Shown piece by piece: positions 1-6,730 of a DNA stretch of 32,209 nucleotides (the stretch's first letter is position 1; each line of letters starts with the position of its first letter). Source of the DNA: an uncultured Candidatus Peribacteria bacterium (GTDB taxonomy: Bacteria; Patescibacteriota; Gracilibacteria; Peribacterales; Peribacteraceae); contig CAZUFJ010000018.1 in assembly GCA_964619805.1 (NCBI GenBank), positions 1 to 32,209 on the forward strand, written 5' to 3'. Below the pieces are notes generated by a model. That model was not told the DNA's origin and did not search any database. It saw only the letters and a program-made list of their open reading frames with translations. A program made the translations under genes and the position numbers.

Positions 1-2
1 GT

Positions 3-1502
3 GGTCTCTGCAAGAAGCGAACGCTCACGCAGTTTCCACCGGAGAACGGACAGGTCTTCTACTGCTCTGCGTGTTGGCACAGCGATACGTGGGACGCGCA
101 TGACTATGGTCGAGACATCGATTGGAATCGTCCATTCTTTGGACAGCTCACCGAGCTTCGGCGCGCTACTCCTGCGATTGCATTGAGTGTGCAAGGTGAG
201 TGCCAAAACTCTGATTACATTCATTACGCTGGATCGAGCAAGAACTGTTACCTCATCATGCATGCGGACTTCTGCGAGGATTGTTACTACGGCTACGGGT
301 TCAAGAAGGACCGCTGCTGCGTCGATGGCTTCTACAACCTCCACAGCGAACTCTTGTATGACTGCGTCGACTGTCACAAGTGTTACGGTCTCAAAGGCTG
401 CCAAGATTGTCTCAACTGTTCATCGAGCGCGTTCCTCCGTGACTGTATCGGCTGTAAAGACTGCTTCCTCTGCATGGGGCTCAGGAACAAACAGTATTGC
501 TTTGAGAACGAGGAGCTTTCGCGCTCGGAGTACGAGAAGAAGATGAAGGAGATCAATACGGGATCCTATTCTCAGTACCAAAGTTTCAAAGCACGGAGGA
601 GAGAGCTCGAGAAGTCACACACGTTCAAGGAATTCCAGGGACACAATCTTGAACATTGCAGCGGAAATCACCTCTACAACTGTAAGAACGTACTGGACAG
701 CTTCGACTGCGAGGATGTCGAAGATGCGCGGTACTGCACGCAGCTCGTGCTCGGGTCCAAGAACGTCTATGACGTGTATCAGTACGGTTCCAATCTCCAG
801 AATTCCTATGAGTGCGCGATCTGCGGAGAAAATTCACAGGGCATTCTCTCTGGTATGGAGTGTCATCTCAATTCGTACGGCCTCTCCCACTGTTTCTACA
901 TGGAAGCATCCAAAAACTGCTTCGGCTGCGCGAGCATGCAGCGCGGTTCATACTGCATTCTGAACAAGGAATATTCTAAGGGAGAGTATGAGTCGCTCGT
1001 GCCCAAACTGATCGAGCACATGAAGAAGCACGGTGAATGGGGAGAATTCCTGCCGCTCGGCTCGAGTGAGTTCGGGTACAACAAAACAACGGCACAGATG
1101 TATTACCCGCTCACGAAGACCCAAGCAGAGGAACGTGGATTTGTGTGGGATGACCGAAAAGATGAGCCACCGAAGGCAGACAAAGTCATTGATGCAGACC
1201 AACTCCCCGATGACATTCGCGATATTCCGGACGACATCCTTAACTGGGCGATTCGCTGCGAAGTCACGGGCAGGCCCTTCAAAATCATCAAGCAGGAACT
1301 CGAGTTCTACCGTCAGCAGACGATCCCCGCGCCGCGCCGGAGCCCCGAGCAGCGGCACCTGGATCGTTTCGCACTCAGAAACCCCAGGCAATTCTGGGCT
1401 CGTCACTGTGCAAAATGTACAAAAGAGATCCAGACGACGTACGCTCCAGACCGTCCAGAAATCGTCTACTGTGAATCTTGTTATCTGAAAGAAGTATACT
1501 GA
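3..1502 (+). CDS. Cys-rich zinc-ribbon repeat protein, paralog A (5' partial, open to window edge)
   Basis: Frame 3 has no stop from nt 3. Residues upstream of the listed TTG at 183 (YCSACWHSDTWDAHDYGRDIDWNRPFFGQL) align with WDPLSYGRDVDFTRSFFEQF and WDPLSYGKDFDFSRSFFEQL in ORFs 1509-3215 and 8541-10259, so coding continues off the 5' edge. It has two blocks of dense NCY/DCYY/CxxC repeats. The C-terminal module is DDILNWAIRCE..RPFKIIKQELEFYR..RNPRQFWARHCAKC..YCESCY. Function unknown. Confidence 0.8.
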   Translation, partial: GLCKKRTLTQFPPENGQVFYCSACWHSDTWDAHDYGRDIDWNRPFFGQLTELRRATPAIALSVQGECQNSDYIHYAGSSKNCYLIMHADFCEDCYYGYGFKKDRCCVDGFYNLHSELLYDCVDCHKCYGLKGCQDCLNCSSSAFLRDCIGCKDCFLCMGLRNKQYCFENEELSRSEYEKKMKEINTGSYSQYQSFKARRRELEKSHTFKEFQGHNLEHCSGNHLYNCKNVLDSFDCEDVEDARYCTQLVLGSKNVYDVYQYGSNLQNSYECAICGENSQGILSGMECHLNSYGLSHCFYMEASKNCFGCASMQRGSYCILNKEYSKGEYESLVPKLIEHMKKHGEWGEFLPLGSSEFGYNKTTAQMYYPLTKTQAEERGFVWDDRKDEPPKADKVIDADQLPDDIRDIPDDILNWAIRCEVTGRPFKIIKQELEFYRQQTIPAPRRSPEQRHLDRFALRNPRQFWARHCAKCTKEIQTTYAPDRPEIVYCESCYLKEVY

Positions 1503-1508
1503 CGGTCC

Positions 1509-3215
1509 ATGGGAATGATCTGTGCCAATTCCTGGTGTAAGCGGAGCTTCGATATTGCGGACGATGAAGTCGCTTTTTTGAAGAAGCTGACCTTTACGTT
1601 TGGTGATCGCACCATCGAGATGCCGCTCTCGGATCGGTGTCCTGATTGTCGGACACAAGCGCGTACTGCGCATCGTAATGAGCAGTTCCTCTATAAGACG
1701 CGCTCGAAGTTGTCCGGCAAGGAAATCGTCGCGCTCTATGCGCCAAATCCGGTCGCGGGTAAGGCGCTCCCTGTCTACAGCCAGGACGAATGGAGGAGCG
1801 ACGCGTGGGATCCGCTCTCGTATGGACGCGATGTTGATTTCACACGATCGTTCTTCGAACAATTTGCAGCATTGCAGCACGCGGTCCCGCGCATGGCGCT
1901 CATCACCATTGCGAATGAAAACTCGGATTTCTCGACGGGGACAGGCTACTGCAAAAATTGCTACCTGATCAATTCGTCCGAAAACTGCGAGGATTGTTAC
2001 TATGGAAAATTGCTCCAGAAATGCCGAGACTCGGTGGACTGCAGCTACCTCTATGACTCCGAGCTCTGCTACGAATGCTTCAGTGTCTTCGGGAGCCACA
2101 ATTGCCAGCATCTCTCCTTCAGCCAAGACTGTCAGGATTGCTTCTTCTCCTCCAACCTCAAATCCTGCAAGAACTGCTGCCTCTGCACCAACCTCGATCA
2201 CAAGGAGTACTACTTCCAGAATGAACCGCTCAGGAAAGAAGCATATGAGAAACGCCTGACAGAATTTCGCGGCAGCTTTACGCGCACGCAGCAAATGAAA
2301 GAACTCTGGAAGCGTGTGAGAATTTCCACAGTGAAAAAATACGCGAATATCATGAACTCCGAAGGCTGCACCGGTGATTATATCGAAAATTCGAAGAACT
2401 GTCTGGAGTGTTACGACGTCACGGACAGCCAAGATTGCAGGTCTGTGCAAGTCGGCGTCAATGTGAAGGATAACTATCACTGCTCAAACATGTATCTGAA
2501 ACCCGAGCTCTGCTACGAAACACTCGGTACGATCGAGGTGCACACTGTCGCATTCTGCCTCTACATCTTTCACTCGCAGCGGATGCTCTACTCGGAGTAC
2601 TGCTTCCATTGCAGCGACTGCTTCGGGTGCTCGGGGTTAACGCGCAAGAAGTTCTGCGTTTTCAATAAACAATATTCGAAGGAGGAATACGCATCGCTCG
2701 TCCCGAACATCATCGACCATATGAAAACCCCGTACCAGTCGCCTGCGGGCTCCGGTTCATTCGGCAAGTTCTTTCCTTCAGCCCTTTCGCCCTTCGGCTA
2801 CAACGAAACGCTGGCCTCGGAATATTTCCCCCTTAAGCGAGAGGAAGCGATCGCACGGGGATTCCATTGGCGCGAGAAAGATGCACGAGATTTTTTACCA
2901 CAAAAAGCGCCGGTTCCCGAGAGCATCGCGGAAGTGACGGATCAGTTACTTCAGGAAATATTCTCCTGCGAGGATTGCCGGAAGAATTTCCGCATCATCC
3001 CACAGGAGCTTGCGTTCTATCGTCGAAATTTAATTGCGATTCCGCACATATGCCCCGATTGCCGGAACAACGAGCGCATGCAGCAGCGAAATTCACGCAA
3101 GCTCCACGATCGCAATTGTTCGCATTGCGCGAAGTCGCTCCTCTCCACCTATCACCACGACCGTAAGGAAGTCATCCTCTGTGAAGAATGCTTTAGGTCC
3201 GCATTATACGCGTAG
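1509..3215 (+). CDS. Cys-rich zinc-ribbon repeat protein, paralog B
   Basis: 568-aa ORF starting 6 nt after paralog A. N-terminal CxxC..CPDCR..RNEQFLY module. Two Cys-rich blocks, each ending in a K(K/Q)(F/Y)C.(F/L)N.(Q/E)YS.EEY motif. C-terminal CEDCRKNFRIIPQELAFYR..CPDCR..RNSRKL.DRNCSHC..CEEC module. Clearly homologous to A and to 8541-10259. Confidence 0.85.
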   Translation: MGMICANSWCKRSFDIADDEVAFLKKLTFTFGDRTIEMPLSDRCPDCRTQARTAHRNEQFLYKTRSKLSGKEIVALYAPNPVAGKALPVYSQDEWRSDAWDPLSYGRDVDFTRSFFEQFAALQHAVPRMALITIANENSDFSTGTGYCKNCYLINSSENCEDCYYGKLLQKCRDSVDCSYLYDSELCYECFSVFGSHNCQHLSFSQDCQDCFFSSNLKSCKNCCLCTNLDHKEYYFQNEPLRKEAYEKRLTEFRGSFTRTQQMKELWKRVRISTVKKYANIMNSEGCTGDYIENSKNCLECYDVTDSQDCRSVQVGVNVKDNYHCSNMYLKPELCYETLGTIEVHTVAFCLYIFHSQRMLYSEYCFHCSDCFGCSGLTRKKFCVFNKQYSKEEYASLVPNIIDHMKTPYQSPAGSGSFGKFFPSALSPFGYNETLASEYFPLKREEAIARGFHWREKDARDFLPQKAPVPESIAEVTDQLLQEIFSCEDCRKNFRIIPQELAFYRRNLIAIPHICPDCRNNERMQQRNSRKLHDRNCSHCAKSLLSTYHHDRKEVILCEECFRSALYA

Positions 3216-3271
3216 CCGGTCGCATAAAATCCCCTCATCAAATGGCTTGTTTTAGCGTATAATAAAGGACA

Positions 3272-5287
3272 ATGGCCGCAAGCGCCCTCCGCTATCTGCA
3301 CATCATGATTCCCCAGGGGGAACCCGAGGGGCAAAAGCGCGAATCGAAGTTTCAGGAGCTCCTCATCAACCTTCGCAACACGTTCACGGGGCGCAGGGTG
3401 TCGCTCGAGTATTTCGGCTACGCGCAGTACACGTATTTCTTTCTCGTGATCGAGGAGAGCCTGTTCGAGACGATCGAGGGATTGATCTACGCGACATTCC
3501 CGGAGGCGGAAATCAAAGAGGTGCAGGACTACACGGAGATGTTTGATCCGAAGCGACAGGCGATCGCCGGCGCGGAAATCACGCTCCATCATTCCGATAT
3601 TTACCCGATTAAGACGTTCGACATGTTCGAGGAAGACAGCGCCTCGCGCTTCTTCTCCGTCGTTTCCAAGATCGGCCCCCTCGATCAGGCGTGGGTGCAG
3701 ATCATCGCGGAGCCGCAGGATGACAGCGGATCGTATCATTTCCTTCGCAAGTGGCGGATTCGCATGGCAAATATGCGTCACTTTTTCAGCGTTCGCGACC
3801 GGATGCGCGAGGGCGGCCGCAAAGTCATCAACGCAATGCGGCATACGAAGGCGCATGAGAAAGCGGACGTGAAGCCGTTCACGGTGAGCATCCGTTGCGC
3901 GTACGTGTCGGATACCGACGAGAATGCGCGAAGGAAACTGGAGGCCGTCATCTCCAGCTTCTCGCAGTTCAATGACCGCGATATCAATGAATTTCACGGG
4001 CACGCATTGCATGGGAATGGATTCCTGGATCGGTACCGCGCACGCACGCACGCAACGACCTTTGTTCTGAACGCCAAAGAGGTCGCGACGCTCTACCATT
4101 TCCCAAATACCGATTACGTGTCACACATCGTGCATGTGCTCGCGCGTAAGAGCGACCCGCCGCAGGATCTGCCCCGCATCGGCCAGAGCGCGGTCTCCGG
4201 ATTCGGCGTCACGAACTATCACAACAGCCGCATTCCGTTCGGCATCCGACGCGAGGATCGCCGCCGCCACCTCTACACCGTCGGCAAATCCGGCGTGGGC
4301 AAAAGCAAGTTACTCGAGCTCCTCATCAACGAAGATATCAAGAACGGCGAAGGGTTCGCGGTCTTGGATCCGCACGGAGACTTGGTAGACAACGTGCTCC
4401 GGTTCATCCCGAAAGAACGTATAGACGACGTGGTGCTGTTCGACCCATCCGATACGAACTTTCCGATTGCGTTCAATCCGCTTGAGAAGGTTGATGACGC
4501 CTACAAGATGCAGGTCACGATCGGCTTCATCGATATCTTCAAGAAGCTCTTTGGCGGCAACTGGACGTACCGGTTGGAGCACGTGCTTCGGTACACGACG
4601 CTCGCGCTCCTCGATAGCCCGAATACGACGGTGCTCTCGATCCTCAAAATGTTGACGGACAAAAACTACCGCCAGAAGATCGTCGCACGCATTCAGGATT
4701 CGGTGGTGAAGAGTTTCTGGGTGTCGGAATTCGCAGCATGGTCCGAGAAATTCGATGCAGAGGCGATCACGCCGCTCCTCAACAAGGTCGGCCAGTTCGT
4801 CGCGACGAACATGATCCGCAATATCGTCGGCCAGTCGAAAACGAAATTCGACATTCGGGACATCATGGACCAGAAGAAGATCCTCCTGATGAAAGTTTCG
4901 AAGGGCTTGCTCGGCGAGGAAAATTCCTCGCTCATCGGTTCGATGGTGATCACGAAGCTCTATCAGGCGGCGATGAGCCGCGCCGCGATCGCGGAGGATA
5001 AGCGCACGGATTTTTATTTCTACATCGATGAGTTCCAGAACTTCGCGACCGATACGTTTGCCGAGATCCTCTCGGAGTCCCGTAAGTACCGCCTCTCCCT
5101 CACGATCGCGCACCAGTACATGGGGCAGCTCAAGGATGTCGTGCGCAAGACCGTGTTCGGCAACGTCGGCTCCATCGTGAGCTTCCGCGTCGGCGCGGAG
5201 GATGCGACGATCCTGGAGGGCGAATACAATCCCGTCTTCAAGGAGCGCGACATCATCAACCTGGGCGTCCGCGAGTTCTACATCTAG
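3272..5287 (+). CDS. VirD4/TraD-like (type IV coupling protein family) P-loop ATPase, soluble form, ended by an in-frame TAG
   Basis: Walker A is TVGKSGVGKSKL. Walker B-like is FYFYIDEFQNF. TIAHQYMGQL is typical of TraD/TraG/VirD4-type NTPases. The roughly 330-aa N-terminal region has no obvious TM helices. A TATAAT box at 3258-3263 lies 8 nt before the ATG. The stop TAG at 5285-5287 is followed directly by an in-frame ATG. Confidence 0.85.
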   Translation: MAASALRYLHIMIPQGEPEGQKRESKFQELLINLRNTFTGRRVSLEYFGYAQYTYFFLVIEESLFETIEGLIYATFPEAEIKEVQDYTEMFDPKRQAIAGAEITLHHSDIYPIKTFDMFEEDSASRFFSVVSKIGPLDQAWVQIIAEPQDDSGSYHFLRKWRIRMANMRHFFSVRDRMREGGRKVINAMRHTKAHEKADVKPFTVSIRCAYVSDTDENARRKLEAVISSFSQFNDRDINEFHGHALHGNGFLDRYRARTHATTFVLNAKEVATLYHFPNTDYVSHIVHVLARKSDPPQDLPRIGQSAVSGFGVTNYHNSRIPFGIRREDRRRHLYTVGKSGVGKSKLLELLINEDIKNGEGFAVLDPHGDLVDNVLRFIPKERIDDVVLFDPSDTNFPIAFNPLEKVDDAYKMQVTIGFIDIFKKLFGGNWTYRLEHVLRYTTLALLDSPNTTVLSILKMLTDKNYRQKIVARIQDSVVKSFWVSEFAAWSEKFDAEAITPLLNKVGQFVATNMIRNIVGQSKTKFDIRDIMDQKKILLMKVSKGLLGEENSSLIGSMVITKLYQAAMSRAAIAEDKRTDFYFYIDEFQNFATDTFAEILSESRKYRLSLTIAHQYMGQLKDVVRKTVFGNVGSIVSFRVGAEDATILEGEYNPVFKERDIINLGVREFYI

Positions 5288-5518
5288 ATGTCCGTGAACG
5301 GCGAAGTGCGCGAAGCGTTTTCTGGACGCACGCTCGATGTGCCGCACGTCACGGAGGATCACACGCAGGAGATCATTGCCGCGTCGCGGGCGAAGTATTG
5401 TGAGCCGCGTGCGAATGTAGAGGAGATGCTGAAGCGCTGGGATGAAGCTTCGTCGGCGCCGCCAGACCCGGGTGAAATTGCGGAGATCGAGGAGAAGTTT
5501 GAAGAGCCACTCCTGTAG
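5288..5518 (+). CDS. Detached C-terminal segment of the VirD4/TraD-like ATPase (or a separate 76-aa coupled ORF)
   Basis: Same frame as 3272-5287, with zero spacing (TAGATG). From memory of related proteins, ..EFYI*MSVNGEVREAFSGRTL.. looks like one continuous conserved block. Acidic tail EIAEIEEKFEEPLL. Confidence 0.55.
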   Translation: MSVNGEVREAFSGRTLDVPHVTEDHTQEIIAASRAKYCEPRANVEEMLKRWDEASSAPPDPGEIAEIEEKFEEPLL

Positions 5519-5564
5519 CTATGGGCTGAGAGTTATGAGCTTTGAGCTTTGAGAGTGAATGTAA

Positions 5565-5593
5565 CCCCGCAGCCGGGACGCCGCGTCCCGGAG
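5565..5593 (+). repeat. GC-rich stem-loop element, copy 1 (CCCCGCAGCCGGGACG-CCG-CGTCCCGG)
   Basis: 8-bp stem CCGGGACG/CGTCCCGG (5573-5580 and 5584-5591) with a 3-nt loop, 47 nt downstream of the stop at 5518. Related copies at 8503-8534, 23456-23483 and 24813-24837, all in the same orientation relative to the upstream gene. Confidence 0.8.
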
Positions 5594-5649
5594 CTTGAGC
5601 GTTCGCTATCACGCTTCGCAGTATTTTAATTTGAATGTATTCTCATTGT

Positions 5650-6162
5650 ATGAAAAGGCTTCTCCTCATTGCGGTTCCTCTTCTTATCCTTTCTGCCTGT
5701 GCAAAGAAAGCGGAGAGTGACGTTGGTGTTGGAAAACAGATTGGCAGCCAAACGCTTAAGCAAGTCATGCCGGGTGAGGGTCCCATTGATACACCCGACC
5801 ACGGCAAAGAATTCTGGCTTGGCGTCGGTGCGATGGGCGGGGCACCGGGAATCAATGCCAATGGCGTTACCCAGGCGCATTACCTGGAGGATGGGACGTT
5901 CATTCATACGATCCAACTCAATATCGAGCGTGCCCCGGATGGATCATTCTACGAGGGGTGGCTCGTGAATCCGGAGGGGCTTCGTATCAGTACAGGCCAT
6001 TTGCGTACCCCATTCGGCGATGTTCGCCACCAATTGAAGTACTTGGGAGAGAAGGATCTACGGTTCTACACCCGGGTGGAGGTGACGTTGGAGGCCGATG
6101 ATGGCAATCCTGCAGCCGGAACGATTGTTGCGACGGCGGAACTAACGCCACGCGAACGATAA
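5650..6162 (+). CDS. Putative lipoprotein
   Basis: MKRLLLIAVPLLILSAC has a signal peptide and a lipobox Cys. I prefer the start at ATG 5650 over 5635. The C-terminal part (FYEGWLVNPEG..ISTGHL..VEVTLEADDGNP) faintly resembles RskA-type extracytoplasmic domains. That resemblance is weak. Confidence 0.65.
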   Translation: MKRLLLIAVPLLILSACAKKAESDVGVGKQIGSQTLKQVMPGEGPIDTPDHGKEFWLGVGAMGGAPGINANGVTQAHYLEDGTFIHTIQLNIERAPDGSFYEGWLVNPEGLRISTGHLRTPFGDVRHQLKYLGEKDLRFYTRVEVTLEADDGNPAAGTIVATAELTPRER

Positions 6163-6273
6163 TAAAATTCATTTATGAATTACCGTCAACTTTTCATCGA
6201 ATTGAGCCCTATGCAATGCGGAATTTGTAAGATTTTGTAAGAGTGAAACCACCGAAATTTTGGAATCAGCATC

Positions 6274-6301
6274 AAAAACAGTCCCGTCGCTGCCGCGAGG
6301 G
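6274..6301 (-). terminator. Candidate intrinsic terminator of the 39-codon ORF
   Basis: The minus strand reads CCCTCGCGGCAGCGACGGG (imperfect stem, one bulge) followed by ACTGTTTTTGATG. It lies about 70 nt downstream of the small-ORF stop. Confidence 0.45.
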
Positions 6302-6369
6302 CTTTAGGTGGGGATGCTCCGCCCCGTTCCCTACGTTTCTTGTGGGGCGAACGAACTGCACTCCGCTCC

Positions 6370-6489
6370 CTAGTAATTGATCGTCGGGAGGCTCAGCACC
6401 ATATTCAGCGCGAGGAAGGTGATGAGCAGCGCGTGCGTAAACACGAGCGGGAGTGAAGCACGGTGAGAGATAGGCTTCACGTCGTTCAT
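6370..6489 (-). CDS. Small hydrophobic protein (39 aa), not in the ORF track
   Basis: ATG at 6489-6487. Translation is MNDVKPISHRASLPLVFTHALLITFLALNMVLSLPTINY, ending in TAG. AAGGAG (6501-6496) lies 6 nt upstream of the ATG. One predicted TM helix. It has its own candidate terminator downstream and follows the cimA terminator. Confidence 0.4.
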   Translation of the reverse strand: MNDVKPISHRASLPLVFTHALLITFLALNMVLSLPTINY

Positions 6490-6648
6490 AGTAGGCTCCT
6501 TAGGGGAGCCGCGGCAGTGTACGGATAGCCGCTTTGGTGTCGAGTATATCTTGACTCATTCTGGTGTTCGCAGGGTATCTTCTAAAGGCTTGAAATTGCC
6601 ACTAAATTTCGGTTTAGCCCTGAATTTAGCCACATAGTATTGCATAAC

Positions 6649-6671
6649 ATTGTATAAATAATTTATACAAT
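6649..6671. repeat. AT-rich 23-bp palindrome (ATTGTATAAAT-A-ATTTATACAAT)
   Basis: Perfect 11-bp arms around a single central A. It contains TATAAA/TATACA -10-like hexamers in both orientations. It sits between the cimA terminator and the small-ORF 5' region. Confidence 0.8.
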
Positions 6672-6678
6672 AAACATC

Positions 6679-6716
6679 AAAAGTAGACCTGTGAGTCATT
6701 GCTCAGGTCTACTTTT
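6679..6716 (-). terminator. Intrinsic terminator downstream of cimA
   Basis: Perfect 13-bp inverted repeat AAAAGTAGACCTG / CAGGTCTACTTTT with a 12-nt loop. On the minus strand it is followed by TTTTGATGTTTATT. It starts 15 nt after the cimA stop. Confidence 0.7.
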
Positions 6717-6730
6717 ATGTCTTGGTACTA

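Noticed and set aside
948-2480. 510-aa minus-strand ORF antisense to Cys-rich paralogs A and B. Similar long antisense ORFs lie at 3152-4099, 4310-5362, 13882-14481, 14482-14997 and 25707-26489.
   Set aside because: Their products are low-complexity and rich in Arg, Leu, Val and Glu, with no motifs. Each lies fully inside a sense-strand gene with clear family signatures. Stop-poor antisense frames are expected in GC-rich coding sequence.
5285-5287. Alternative genetic code (TAG or TGA reassignment)
   Set aside because: TGA, TAG and TAA each terminate several well-supported genes at expected lengths. TGA ends 1502, 13174, 15222 and 17433. TAG ends 3215, 5518 and 20733. A global recoding is therefore not supported, and only this one TAG looks anomalous.
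3272-5518. Conjugative element or type IV secretion locus
   Set aside because: Only the coupling-protein-like ATPase is present. There is no relaxase, VirB4/VirB11, pilin, integrase or oriT-like repeat in the window, and the ATPase lacks TM anchors.
6190-6370. Housekeeping ncRNA (SRP RNA, RNase P RNA, tmRNA, 6S) in the large intergenic gap
   Set aside because: None of the conserved core motifs I know for these RNAs is present. The hairpin and T-tract are better explained as the terminator of the small ORF.
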